Source: Eutreptiella sp. 'Long Island Sound 2002'
Taxonomy: Eukaryota > Protista > Euglenida
Length of the DNA stretch: 64,000 nt
Reading direction: 5' to 3'
NCBI GenBank assembly: GCA_964036045.1
Contig: OZ038378.1
Coordinates: 179,180,001-179,244,000, forward strand
Positions 1 through 13,260 of the stretch are shown in pieces (within the stretch, counting starts at the first letter, position 1; each line of letters opens with the position of its first letter). Made by a program: the position numbers and the translations under genes. Under the pieces are notes generated by a model that saw only the letters and a program-made list of their open reading frames with translations, did no database searches and was not told the DNA's origin.

Positions 1-664
1 CTGGGTCTTAGGTGCTCGCTTGAGATTCAGGTGTAAAGGAGTCCCACGGTCTCTGTTTCTCCAATCCCTGCCATCCCTGAAGTGGGAAGGCAAAGAATGG
101 CTACTGAACCCCTGCTATGCTGGGTTCTCCAAAGAGGGGAGGAATGGAATGGCAAGACAACCTCTGCCATTCTGGGGTGCTCAACGTGGGAAGGCAAAGA
201 ATGGCTCTGGTCAGGGGATGGCAAGGAAAAAGCGCTAACTGAAAGCTTGTGCACAAAGCAGCCACCCTGCGTCCTCTGAATCAGCTTGCTATTTTGTCAA
301 GCTACCCACTTTTCTAAGCCACCATCAGTGAATTATCGCCTGCTGTCTGGTGACTGGCATCAACTGATGCTATAGGTTGTCTTTCTCAAAAAACAAAACA
401 ACTTTCAATACCAAATGACAACCCTGTCATGTTGTAAAGACAATCCATGATCCACAATCCATGATTCAGCGCGTTTTTTGCATGTTGCAGGTCAGATGGA
501 TATCAAAAGGAAGAGCAACCAGATTGTGCTGCCAGCATGCACCCTGAAACACGATGTCCACATGACCCACATACCACAGCACTCAGAACTACTCAACAAT
601 CCTGCACCTGCAGCCAGCCCAACAACCTTAGCAATCACAAAAATCATATCCATCAACTGTTGAA

Positions 665-1087
665 TTAGGGCGGGAAAGAAATTGTTTCCTGAAGGGGACT
701 CAGCCCATTTCCTGAATGCCCCCACCCCCTTCCTTGGCGGCCGTGCTGGAACGACAGGGCCCGGGCAGGGTGGTTCGAGAGTAGGGCGGGGGTGTACCGC
801 GACACATGAGTTAACATGATCCCCGAGGCCCGCGCGCTCATTACTTCGAGGTATGCAAAAATTTCTGCTTGGGCCTCCTGGGGGCCCAACTTCCCCCAGT
901 CCTCAAACAGGCTGGCGCGGAGGCCCATTCCCCCGACCCCCCCTTTCTTTTCCGGGCCTCCGTGCCCTCCCCCTGGTCGCCTCGTGTCGAAGGAATAATC
1001 GTCGATAAAGACATTAGAAATACAGATGTAGATCTCACGGACCACGGACCAGGGATCAACGACAGGCTGCAAGAGGCCCGCTGCCAA
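665..1087 (-). other. Unassigned coding-like ORF fragment
   Basis: 140-codon GC-rich frame (…SLFEDWGKLGPQEAQAEIFAYLEVMSARA…) with no recognised motif; it lies in a region of decayed element-like sequence. Confidence 0.2.
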
Positions 1088-3672
1088 GTGGCATCACGAG
1101 CTGCCACTGACAAACAGCAACGAGCAGGTGGGACAGCCCTGGGCTTCCATCATTGATTTGCTTTCTGTTGGTTGAGCGACCTCCGGCTGGGACAATACGC
1201 CAACCTGGTGTGTTTCTGCTTAGTCCTGCGAGCACGGAATTGGTCCAAAGGCGGGGCTGCGCATAGCAACAGACCCGTCCCGAGACAGGGACTGTCCAGG
1301 CTTTTGGTGACGACCCTGGGCGGAATTCTGACACTTCACTGGGCGCAAAAATCGATGACCGTTGATTGGATCCCTGCAACAAAATGTCTCAGTACGTTCC
1401 TCATCACACCAATCCTGTCCAATCGGCCAATTTTAGAGTGTAGCCGAGAAATTGCCGATGCTCGAACCAATGCAAAAATTTTACCAGCCGTGACAGACGG
1501 ATAACAGATGTTGCCAGTCGAAGTCCCTATCCTGCACCTGTGTTGCCGACCGACAACGGGAGGGATGAAACCACATCACCTACTGGCCCTCCTGAGCAGC
1601 ACGACACCACCACTTATTTTAGGCTATGCGATGCGCGCATCGCATGGTGCGAAAGGCTCATGTACTCGTACGGGTTCTGGGTGTCTGCCATCAAGCTGCA
1701 GTTTTGCTGGATTTCTGGTGCCCCCCCCCCCCCCCAAAGTCCAAAGAGAGCGCTTATCCTCTGCGGCACGCCTATACGGGCTTCCTCCACAGAAAGGGTC
1801 CTCCATATTCTGCAGTATACAATCCTCTCTCCTTTGTGCTGCAGGCAAAACCCTCCCCCTTGGGGTCTTTTGGGGTTTTGTTTTTAGAAATTCTGCAGTG
1901 GTTGCTTTTTTGCGTGCCCTTTTTTGGGTAGTGGGCAAGGTGAAGCTTGGCAAAGTGCAAACGTGCGCACGCTACCGAACGTGACCGTCAAACACACTGT
2001 CATCATGTGACACGAATTAGCTCAACGATTTATGACACCCATGGGCTGTTGTTGTGCCATAGCTTTTGTGACGCTCCTTTCATGGATTCTCCATACTCAT
2101 ACGACAAGAAAACTGAGGTGGAGTTTCCCCTTAGTGGCAACGTCAGCTGCAAGACCAGGACGCTGCGCAACATTCACTGGAGCCCCACCCCAGCTCAAGC
2201 TGCAGAGGCCATCATATGGTTCTGCCCAAGGTGCACTCTGCGAGGGCAAATGCTCACATTGCCGAGTGCAATGACATTACGAGAAAGGCTGGTGGGCATG
2301 CGAAACCGGGAGACACCACCACTCCATGAGGGCTAGTGGCGAGGGACACTCCGAGGGAGCATCTCCTGGGTGCATTGGAAAGACCGCCAATCGAATTTCC
2401 TCTTTTGCAGACACTCTGCCAAACAAGTGGTAAAACAGATCCTGCGGCGCGGACGTGCACATCTTCAAAAGCCAGCGAGCGTCAGATAAGGCACCGGGGC
2501 AACCAGTTTCCTCTAGGGCCAAAATGGTGAAATGGCTGCAATTGGAAAACCAGTTGAAGCAAAGAATGTGGCATGTGTGCCAAGACACCGGACGAAGTGA
2601 GAATGCACTTACTGAAAACTATTCCGCGTTTGGTTGTCTATCTGTCTAACGGTCTGCACAAAAAGCGCAGGCCGTTGGTTCTCTCTTCTCCGTCTGTATG
2701 AAGTCCTGAACTGAAGTTCCAGCAGCTTATCAGTGGCACCATATATGCGCGCAGTGACACTTTTGCTTTTCCCTCACGGGCGAGAGCGCTGCAGCGGGCT
2801 GCAGACGGGTGAAGGGATGGTTGTGGATGGTTGACTAGGACAATCTTGAGGGTGTAGAGGGGAGAAGAGGGATGTAGATGACTACACAGTAGAGTGAATG
2901 AAAGGATCGTAGATGTAGAGGGCGGTGGAGGGCACTGGGAACAAAATCAGGCTCAAGAAAAAGAGTCCTGACAGGGCCATGGCCAACGCTAGTGCCACCA
3001 TTATAGGCCACCAAGGCACTGGTATGGGGCCAATATAATAGCAATCTTATACGCTCCGCCGTTGGTACACCAAACGGGCGGAGGAAAATACAGCCCACAA
3101 AACATGCACCCGCTACAAGTAGTTGCAAAATGCTGGAGGGGTGCGTTGTCCAGGGTTGCAGAACACTGCAGAGTGTAGATTGAGGGTCGCAGAGGTTCGA
3201 TAAAAGTTGAAGTGCGACAGCGAGAGCAATATTTTGTTCATTTGGAATCCGCCAACTACTTCAAATGCGGGAGTTTACTCGCTCAAGTCTGCACTTTTGC
3301 GTTGAGATGGTGCACCCTGCCAGTCGCACTGCGACGGTCGGTTGCTGTGAAAATCACCCATGCGCACGCCGCACGGAGCCGTGAAGTTGCAGAGGCGGCA
3401 CCTGCTCTTCCTCGTGGGAGCCTGAGAGCATTCAGCAAAAGACTGCCTTGCCACACCCCTCCAACAGACACAACACGTGCAATCCAAATCGGATACCAGG
3501 CCTTGGAACAGGTGGGCTGTTGGCCCAGTCAACCCAGAGCAGGTGACGCACCGAATGATTGTTTAGCACAAATGGCCCGGCGACAGCCCGGTCGACCGGT
3601 GACCCACAGTTCTGAAGGGCTGTCCTGGACCCGACAAGAAGAAAGGGGAACACTTCCGAAGCGTGCATCACG

Positions 3673-6600
3673 TCAACCGTCGCATTGCTCACGGAAATCC
3701 TCAGCATAAAACGGGTCAGTGGGCTTCGCGTACTGCCACGTTTCAGACAAGCGGTACATGATCCAGGTCGGAATGCAGAGCAGCGCCGCACTCCAGTACG
3801 ACTGCATCTCGCGGTCTGGGACCCAGTGTGTAAAGATAGGCCACAGGGAGGACAGTGTGAGGTCTGCAACTGCGGACGTCAGCAAGAAAACAGCAGACAT
3901 GGCAGATTTCATGGATTCGGGTGCTTCTGTATAAGCAAACTCCAGCCCAGTCACCGACACCAAAACCTGAGACACAGGGCACAGGGGTATACAGGTGGCA
4001 GTAGCCCTATCTTCACTCGATTTTGTAGTCGGATTGCGCTGGAGAAAAGACCGAGGAGGAAACTTACGAGGCCCGCCCGCACTTTTTGGGGGGACAAGCT
4101 GCCCACTGAAACCTGAAACCGCCCCTCAAAACAACACCTTCCACCAAGCGCATACCTCTGCACAAGACAGCACAAACCACTGGGGCAACTGCCATAAAGC
4201 AGAGATTGGCTGCAGACTTGCGGTCATCCAGTGCTCTATACCACCAGCAATGACATAGGACAGACCTGCAAAAAGCAGTGCACATGCTAAAGCACCTGGA
4301 CGGAAATACTGTGCCCAAAAATGCTGGTGGCCATTGGTATTGGCCATTCAACCGTTAGGGCTTCCAAAAGCGCCAAAACATTACCCTGTCGTCTGCGTCC
4401 AACGGCAGGTTGTGATCAACCGAAAAAGACGATGACCCCTTCGCTTCCGGTAGTGTTAAGCGTCAACCGCCGTCCGCCAGTGAAGAAATGCCGTTCACTC
4501 AGTGTGCATATTGTGAGTGCTGAGTGGTGTACCGACACAGCTGCAACTGTCAGCCTCCATAGCAGCAAGCAGGTAGGGACAATGCAAACAGAATACGCCT
4601 TGCAGAAAATTGCAGTCCGCCAATTTCTGCACTGCAATGCGGTTTCCAGCAAATGGCCGGATGGAGGGTGACCGACGGTGGTTGATGGTTAAACAACGGA
4701 AGCTATTGATGCTTTACGGACAGCATCTTAAGGTCCATGGATGGCGGGTGGGGGGCTGATACAGATATGTAATGACCCCTTGTTTAAGCTGATCGCAAAT
4801 CTCTGCAAATAACATATCTGAGTGTACAGTTACGGTTGATGGGTCAGGAGGGCGAGGCAGTGTGATAGCAACCTTGTCCAGGTGATGCTTGCACAGACTA
4901 CCATGGATTTGTTGCCACAGTGCACTCAAGTGTTACAACAGGTGCCTCGCTTGTGGATCCTCTTCTTCGTTCTCCCTTAACCAACCTGACTTGCCTTCGA
5001 ACCCCAAATGTTACATGACGCAGGCACAACAATCAAGCCCCACCTCACCCGACGGCAGTGGGTTGCCTGGAATACATTGCTGCAGTAGTTGCTGTTGGCT
5101 CATCGCCACCAATTCGCCTCCACTGATCGCCTCTCCCTTGTAAATACCTGTCAACGCCATCCCAAAGACCATGCGCATCAGCGGCGACGGGTAAATCTTG
5201 TTGCGGGCCAAGAATGGGAAGATCACCCGATCGAAAATTGGAAGCAGCATCTGGGCAAAAGCAACCAGACACAGCTGCAATCGCAATTCCATCCTCCCTG
5301 TCCCCCACACACCGCATCACTCCGTGATTCCCTGACGCCACTCTCACCCGTGACCCCATCACGTGCCCTACTCCTTCATACACTATCGCATCCAACCAAT
5401 CAAGCCTCCCGCGCCACAGCCACGCGCAGTTTTCCCCTTATGCCACTTCTCACCTTCACCATCGATTTCACAGGCCGCCCGAGCACGTACCTCTTCCGTA
5501 CACTCTGTGCTCCGTTGTGAACCAGAGCCTTGTGTGGTGAACGAAAGGGCTGGCTTATCTGCCGTCAGACAAGTATCATACCGACCCCCTGTGTGACATT
5601 CCGTCTGGTTGTTGCTCCTTTACGGGGGCCTGGACGGTCACCCGTTCTTCCCTTCGCATGTTGCGTCGGGTCGCTACTTTCTGTCGGCCGCTGCGGCCGG
5701 TGCTCTTGCTGGTGTCGTTTCCGCGTTCGCGTTCGCGGAGCCCAGTAGTTGGCGTGTTGGGACTGTGCTGAATGTGGCATGGTGTGCCGTTTGCGTGTCA
5801 GCGGCGCCCAATAGTTGGCGTATTGAGGATGTGCTGGTTGTTGCCGGGGTCGTTTGACTGTTTTTGCTGTCCACACACCTCTGTCCATAGGCCGTCCATA
5901 GCCTGCCTCGCTGTGTTTCTGTGCGGCCCAGGTGCCCTGTTCCTCCACGCGCTGTCCGGGCCGTCCACCATATGTCCTTTTCCCCCTCACGGTTGGTCTG
6001 CCCCTGACGGGCTCCCACTCCTGTTGCGCAAACAGCCCATCTGGGCTGCGGGAGACACCCCCCACCTGATGCCGGTTGAGCAGGGGTTGCCCTGGCACCC
6101 GGTAGCGACGGGGTTGGCTGGCCAAGCCATCCCCTTTATTGTCGCTGCCTCCCATGCGCACGCTCTGCCATCCGCTCCATTCTGGTTCTCTGTTCCCGCT
6201 GTTCCGGTTGCCTCTCCCGCCTTGCTGTGCCCCTCCTCCTTGTCTGCTGTGCCCGCCCTTGTCCCTCCTGGTGTGGCTCCCGCGTTCTGTGTGTCTGTGT
6301 TGCTCCTCCCCCTGTCTGGTGGCGCTGCTGGGTGCCCATGTCGCGCACCCCCTCCTGTCCCACCCGCCTGCCCCCCCATACGAAGATTTCACATCTCCAT
6401 ACAACGTGGACTGCCCCGTGCCCGGTTGGCTGTTCACGGCCCTGTTGCCACCCCCGTGGCAACCACCTCCCGGAGCGCGGGGCACAGCCCCCGCCCTTGT
6501 GGAGTACGTGGGCACCTTGTAGAGGGAGGGGGGGTGTTTGCTGATGGCTCGCTCGGCGTGCGCTACATTTGGTGGTTGCTGCAGTGCTCGCACCTCATGG

Positions 6601-9600
6601 TTCCCTTGTGTCTTGTTGTGTGTCCTGCTGGGGCTCGTCTCCCTGCCGTGTGTAGGGCGGCCTTGTGCCCAGCTGTTTTGCTGCATGCGTTCCTCCCAGT
6701 TTCGGGCTCTTTCTTTTTCTGCTGGCATGCTCACTACTTCTGATCTGCGGCGCCAGGGGGGTAGCATGTCGCTCCCTGCATCCAATTGTGGCTGTTGGGT
6801 TGTCCCACTCGCAGTTGGGTGGTGCAAGGGGCACCAGGCACTTTTGCACATGTCTCCAAATCTACAAACTGACCTGTCACTGGTGTTTGTTGGGGTTGTT
6901 CTGGGGTGAATGTGTTGCGTTGTTGCTCTTTTGCTTTCTGGGCTGCTGAGGGGCTCCCCGTTTGAGGACTTCACTCCGGGCTGTCCACGCCTCGGAGCTA
7001 GGGACTCGTGTGAGTCCACCCCCTGGTTGGTCGTGTGCAGTGACCACCAATGGTTTGGACGCTGTGTCTCATAAGCGTGCCCAAGGCCCCTGCACTAGGC
7101 CTTGGTGACAGAACTTAGCTACTCGCGGGCAGTACATGTTTTAGGTCGCTGCCCAATGGACAACCGCGTAGCCCCCCTCCGAGTACAACGATGGTGTGTG
7201 TCACTTCAGTGCTTCCCAGTGATTCCATTCCATGAGCGGTTCATGCAGCAGCACGGCTTTGGCCACATTTTCTGTTGGTGGTCCTTTTGTATTTGCAGAA
7301 ACTCAATTGCTTTTTGTCGGGCAGACCTGACCTGCAGTGGGCGGACTTTCGACTGATTGGAAGTGAGGATTCGTGAGACACCAAAAAAGGCTCATTTGAC
7401 AGGATCCCAAAAAGGAAAAAATCAATTTCAATCAGTGCGTCCGTCAGTCAGTCAATTTACAAGAGCCCAGAGGGGAATCCAGATATCAACCTGCGTCAAA
7501 CTTCTTGGTCCCCACCAACCTGCCGCCCTCCCAACGACAGCATCCCAATTTTACATTGCAAACTCCCCGACCTTTAATGCAGAGCTGCGCACAGCAGCGG
7601 CAGTTTGCGCACAAATCCCTGGTGCAGCCCCGCTCGTAATGTATGTGGCGGACCCACTCCTTGTCCAAGAATTTGTATCCGAATTTGGAGGTTGCGGTTG
7701 AAAGCTACAGTGGACGGCCAGGTCCGGCCACCCTTAGCCTTAGCCCTTAGCCCTTAGCCCAAAGCCGGGCATACCAGGATAAACATTGAATTGTAAATTT
7801 GGACAATGGCGGGACTGATCCAATGTGGAACACTCATGAATTTGGCCTGATTGGTCCACAAATTGGATGCGTTGTCAAAGAGCATCCAAAACGCTGGAAG
7901 AATGGCGAACACCTTGAAGACGCTAATCAGAGGCTTGACCTGTATATCATGGATACCAGCCACTCTACAAAAATGCACTGTGCCCGCTCTGCACATTGCA
8001 CACCGCACGTTGCACGCCGCACAAGCTGCGCACTTTGAACATTGCGCACTGTGGCAGGACGCACACTCTGTGCACCGCGCACTCTACACGTTGCACATTG
8101 TGCATTCTGCACACTGCATACCGCAAACTGCACACACCGCTTCCCTGCACACCATGCGCCCCGCTGAAGAAGCATTGTCTAGTCGCATCGCACACCCTGC
8201 ACACTTTGCAGAGTGTGCAGTGCGCGGTCTGCAGATGCGAAAAGTGTGCACTGCACACTGCGCAGTGCACACCGTGCGTAGACAATGATTCGTCAGGACG
8301 GTGCATGGCTTGCAGTGTGCAGGAAAATGCAACATGCAATGTGCCGAGTGTGCAATATGCAGTGTGCAGTGTGCACACTGCACATTGCACACTCTGCGCA
8401 TTGCACATTGCGTGTGCAACACCCCCTGTTGACTCAGTATTGCACACTGTACAGTGTGTTCTCGGCACATTACACAGTGTGCCTCTCCACTTTGCACTTT
8501 ACAGATTGTACACGGCATACACTGCACCCTGCACCCTGACCCTGCACTCTGCACCTTGCACATTGCGCACTCAGTACACACACTGCAAACTGCACTCAAA
8601 ATGCACTCTGCAGACTGCATGCTGCGCACTCTACACGGCGCACTCTGCAACTTGTTTATGATATCCAAATGGGCGATTTCAAAGGCCTTCTGCATTGAAA
8701 GGGGGCAAAACAGACCCGAAACAGCGTACAAAGACCTGCTTGAGCATCCCAAAAGGTCTGGCATTACTTGTGGAAAAAAAGAACCTTTTTTGGCCCTTTT
8801 TCGGTCCCACATTGCCAGAGTAGGGTTACCAGGGGTCACCTGTGGGTCAAAAATTGGTTCAAAATGGTTAGCCTTTTTACGCATCGGAGCTCCTAAAGTT
8901 ATCGGACCTCACTGCATCGAGCAGCTCGGTGAAGAGTTTTACAAAACCTTACTGGTTGACCCAAACGGCAAGCCTTACCAAGGGGTGCTATCCTTAAGAG
9001 CGGGGGGGGGGGGGGCCTCCTAAAAGACAGCCCCGGTCCCAAGCATTCGTGCATTGCAGTATAGCACACAGATCCCCAGGACCAAGCCCAGGTAGGAAGG
9101 TCAGGGATGCATGCTGTCTCTCTGCCTCTGCCTTGCCCAGTCATCGGCCACACCTCTTCCACAATATGGCGTCCATGAAAAGGAATTGCAAAATCCAACC
9201 AGTGTCTCTTTTCGCTGTTTGACTGCCTGCCGCTCTTGACACGGCACTTCAACGCGTCTTTGATCACCTGCCAAACCATCCCAATGACGGATCCTGAACA
9301 TCAGAAGGAGATGGATCAGCCAGCGTCTGCTACGTTGTGTTTCCTGGGGTTCCATAAATGCACAAAAGGCAGGCCAACACAAATGGCTTAATGCACAGCA
9401 ACTGTTCATGGAGGTGCTGGGTATGGAGCTGCATGGGGTGAAGATCAAGAGAAAAAAATGCAACAGTCTATACTTCTGGTATCACTTAGTTGTTTGAAGT
9501 TCTTTGTGGACGGAAATGTCCGCAGTGTGGATGGCTGATGCTGAGGACAGGGACCTACGAAAGAGGGCCGTGCCCAACAGCTCGATACCAATGTAAACAC

Positions 9601-12600
9601 ATGCACACTACAAAGAGACCTGATGGAGGCAAGTGCAGACATTGATTCCTGATTAGCCACACCCAGACCGTGCAGATGAACAGCAAGAATCCTGCAGAGA
9701 TGACAGACAACGCGCGGCAGGAGGTCGACGCACAGGCAAACATGAGCCACCACGCAAGATGACTAAGCACTTGAATATCTGGACGCATCACGAGGCATAC
9801 CTGGAATCAAAAATGAGACCCCGTATCCGTACGCAGGGGTCAACACAGACATCATCCCCACCCCTAGCAGGGAACCCATGTTTATGCTCCAATAGAACCA
9901 TCGAAAATAACTTTTGGTGGCCTCTTCTGCATCCTGGGAACAGTGTTGGCCCAGGAGGCGGAGAACGCACGGCAAAACCACAAAATTCGCACCGCATATC
10001 CACGCCCTTCAGCCCACCACTGCAAATATGTGATACACAGGGAAAATATGACTGAGCACTGGAGGAAACCCCTGCTGCACCACCACTTAATTGTAGGGGC
10101 TCTGAGGTGCACCGTTTTTCCATGACCTGTTCACATCATGGCAATTGGCAGATCCTTCGCACCATCTTTCACGCCATATTATGCCGTGTCACGCATGCCA
10201 TGTCGTTACAAATCATGCCATGGCCGGGTATTGTCCTGTCTTGTCCAGTGTGGTCTCGTGTGACAGTACATTGGCAGGTATGATCGCACGTTCACGCAGG
10301 CAAGCCCAAGGGAACACATACGCCGTGCCCTTGATCATCATCAAAACAGATCTGAGCAGCGCCCAGCGTAGACACACATGGTTTAATTCCGCCAGTCCCC
10401 AAAGCAATGAACATCAACCCACTGGTGGTGAGCAGCACCGCAAACTGAGAGGACATACAGCAGACATGTGCAGCATGCAAACGCCACCTGTTTTGCCGAC
10501 CCAAAACGCAATCAGTCGACACTCCTTGGGGAGTCATTCTGACCTTCATTTGGGGACGCTATCGGATCACACATGGTGCTAACACCTGCCCTGCCGAGGC
10601 AGTTGTCGGCAGATGTCACGAAGATTTCGGCAGGTGTCGGCAGGTGTCAAGAAAATTTTGGCAGTGTCAGGCAGATTGGTGGTAGACACACAGAGATCCA
10701 CACGCAGATGCAGACACATAGACCCCATAAATGCAAACACACACACACACACACAGCAACTCAGATGCATATATGTACAAACATGATCTACACCACATTC
10801 TGCAGAAAAAAAGAGATGGATCTAAAACTGATGGATTCCGGATTGCACAATGCAATCTGGCAGCACAATGCGAAACATCAACCTTACCCCCTCCATCATC
10901 TTGCATCACGGGGCTGGCATACAGCAGATCCACAATAGCTTTGGGGCATGTGCCCCAACAAATCCAACTGGCGTTCCATCCAACATCCAACACCTTGAGC
11001 ACATCCGATACATACATGCTGCTAACACCCACAGGAACATTTAGAGACACCTGGCGACAACTGCCAAAATTTTCTTGACATCTCATGACACCTGCCGATA
11101 GTTTTCTTGACAACTGCCGACACCTGCGAAAAAAATTTCCTTTAATACGCTGGGCGTGCCGGACATCTTTTCAGGCCAAAATGCCCCCGACCAACACTAC
11201 ACCAAACACTATCCAAGAATTTCCCGCGCTATAGTCTCTGAGAAAGCAGGGGTTACAGAGCCACTTTGATTCCTCTCCACTTTAGAGGCCCCAGATAGCA
11301 GGTGTTAGGTGGCCATTTTGATTCCTTTCCGCTTTGTGACATTGGGGTTTGGTTCGGAACATTTAGTGTGGTGGTCTAAATGAGTTGCATCAGTCCTTCT
11401 TTTGTTGCATTTTGCACAGCTTTGCATTTGAAGGCAGGTCCATCACCCCCTGTATGGACCATGGGAAACCCCTCGCACCCCTCGTGTTTGGAAGACTACC
11501 GATGTAAGAAATTCACCTGCCATGTGCACAACTGCAGTGGGCCTACTGTGCACACGGGGTGTTCTCCCTGTGGAAAATGGGGCGATGCGTACACCCATCT
11601 TTATTCGAGAGAGCACTTGCTACCTCAAGAAACATCATCAAAAGGTGCTTTGCTATCATTTTGCACCATGCCCCCCCCCGGGGGTTTGGTTCTGAATGTT
11701 ATCTTATGTCCAGCAACCAAGAAGAAGGGTTTCCAGGAGAGGGCTCCAACGTATGAGACCCTGTTATCAACACCACACCCCCGAGCGGCGAAGGGCCAAC
11801 GAGGTGGCAACGAGTCAGCGAAGTCGGCGAATAGAGTGATTTTGTGGGGCCCTAATATATTAGTGTTTTGCGGCCACAAAGCAAGGCCCCAACCCCTCCA
11901 CTTGAGGCGTGCAGAACGCGGAATATTGGACAGAGTGCACTGGCCTGGGTGCACTGGACCGGGTAGCTGCACATCGATGGACGCGCGGGCATGGGTGCGT
12001 ACCAAAGGACTGACGTTGGTTGTAAGCGCTCCAGCAGCCAACAGAAATAGACCGAAAGTGTAAAGCATTGAGAAAAGAACGATGACTGTGTGTTTGCCCA
12101 AGTACACGTCCGCGAGGTACCCACCGAGCACTGTCAGAAAAAGGCGAAAAGGCTCAGAGGACTCAGGAGGAGGAAGACTGAAGAATAACTCAAATGCACA
12201 CTCGCTCCAATACCCCAGACATGACCCAAACAGAACTGGCAGTGCATGGTCCGCATGTTCGAATGACAAAGCAAATGGCTGAGCCATATCTTGCGTCTGG
12301 ATCACGGCCGGGGCAGATTGTGGACTTTATAGCGTATGGGTCTTGGAATGCACTATGCACAAGGATGCCCCGCAAAGGCCAAAACGGGGGGGGGGGGGGC
12401 ACTGCAAAATGATGAAAAACACAGTTTTGCACGCACCACGCCTGTTTGACGGGGGGACACCCTTTTTGGGCGAAACGCAAATTTTTACAGCGCTGGCACC
12501 GCAAAAAAAAAAGGGCCGAAAAATAAAAAAACAGCTGAAACAACTACCGCTATCTGTCCACGGTTCACACAAAAATACAACCGGAGTCCCTCTGTTGGAA

Positions 12601-12933
12601 CAGATGAAACCCAGAGTGCTGTTTTCTTCTGTTGTGAAGGTGCCCAGTAATTATCTGCCGGGACATGCCGTGGTGCAGGTCCTGCGTGTAAGAGACTCTG
12701 CGGTCGACCAACCGTCTCCAAATCTTGTTTACGGACAGAACGAGGCTCCACCTGGAGTAAAATAGGCACCGGATGTAAAGAGCAGGACGTGCGATGCCGC
12801 CGCGTTGTCGGACATCTGCAGCTTCGTCTCGAAATACAGGAGCAGCTGCGTGGACATGCCGTAGTACGCAAAGCGCTCGCAGAACTCGATGAGGATGATG
12901 ATTAGCGAGACGGACGGGATCCCTTGGAATTTT
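3673..12933 (-). CDS. PTR2: POT/PTR2-family (SLC15-like) proton-dependent oligopeptide transporter, multi-exon; N-terminal exon(s) unresolved
   Basis: Phase-consistent GT-AG exons (minus): 12933-12752, 12130-12003, 10444-10322, 9933-9801, 9691-9620, 9293-9154, 7939-7775, 5250-5148, 4265-4156, 3966-3673 (TGA); about 480 aa. Family motifs: EFCERFAYYG (ExxERFxYY), LGGYLADVYLGK, ALGTGGIKPCVS, FYWSINMGSL (PTR2 signature), FWMLFDNASNLWTNQA, WQLPQW, AEVLVSVTGLEFAYTEAPESMKS. Confidence 0.92.
5585..7019 (-). mobile_element. Probable repeat/retroelement-derived insert in a POT intron, carrying a 484-codon low-complexity ORF with a CCCH zinc finger
   Basis: ORF 5565-7019 (minus) has CRFGDMCKSAWCPLHHP (C-x5-C-x4-C-x3-H), a Gly/Arg/Gln-rich body and a duplicated ANYWAP(L/R)TRKRH unit. 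Its left end begins with a C-run (CCCCCTGTGTGACATTCC). It has no splice links to the POT gene. Confidence 0.45.
7960..8660. repeat. Degenerate TGCAC(A)-based low-complexity repeat in a POT intron
   Basis: Dense TGCAC/TGCACAC/GTGTGCA motifs in both orientations. Confidence 0.9.
10590..11130. mobile_element. Foldback/MITE-like element with modular inverted ends
   Basis: Perfect 21-bp inverted pair TGTCAAGAAAATTTTGGCAGT (10645-10665) and ACTGCCAAAATTTTCTTGACA (11060-11080), embedded in GGCAGGTGTC / GACACCTGCC sub-repeats. Confidence 0.75.
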
Positions 12934-13009
12934 CTGTAAAATGCAGCGCAGTGCAAACAGGTTTGGTACAAGCAGGGGGGCGGGTTGCCCATAAGAGGTA
13001 AATAAATAC

Positions 13010-13260
13010 GCCGGTTGGTACTTCCGGGTGTACACAGTGGTTTGAATTTTCAGGGTGAATTGTCTATGTTGCTTTTCCCAAGCGATTGGGGAAAAGCATT
13101 GATCGTAGTTGAGAATGGGACCGTTGTCCCAAGTGCTGCTTCTGCCCCTTGGCTTCCCTCCCATCCCAGCGCGAGCGTGCTCCACACTTGGTCATTCTTA
13201 TGACCGTGAAGTTTGGTCCTGTTTGGAGGGTGCTCACCACCACTGATGTGGGAAATGTAA
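13010..13260 (-). repeat. Dispersed intronic repeat family R1 (SINE-like), copy in reverse orientation
   Basis: Shares GGGGCAGAAGCAGCAC, GGGACAAC(T/G)GTCCCA, CCCGGAAGTACCAACCGGC and GTGAGCACCCTCCAA with copies at about 14275-14365, 14520-14600, 26560-26840 and 27255-27450. Confidence 0.75.

Noticed and set aside
1-3200. Possible additional gene at the left edge (repeated WEGKEW peptides, Cys-rich WFCPRC segment)
   Set aside because: Fragmented frames with no consistent exon chain or recognisable domain; probably decayed elements.
5609-5857. Plus-strand 82-aa ORF resembling a mitochondrial-carrier helix (FLSAAAAGALAGVVSAFAFAEP)
   Set aside because: No Px[DE]xx[KR] carrier signature and no threefold repeat; it lies in a repeat-like insert within an intron of the opposite-strand gene.
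7731-7760. CCCTTAG tandem (about 4 copies) as telomeric sequence; scattered CCCTAACCC at about 17968 and 55313
   Set aside because: Too short, not the canonical TTAGGG array, and located internally within an intron or repeats.
7851-8884. Cys/His/Thr-rich ORFs (145-266 aa)
   Set aside because: Artefacts of the TGCAC low-complexity repeat inside a POT intron.
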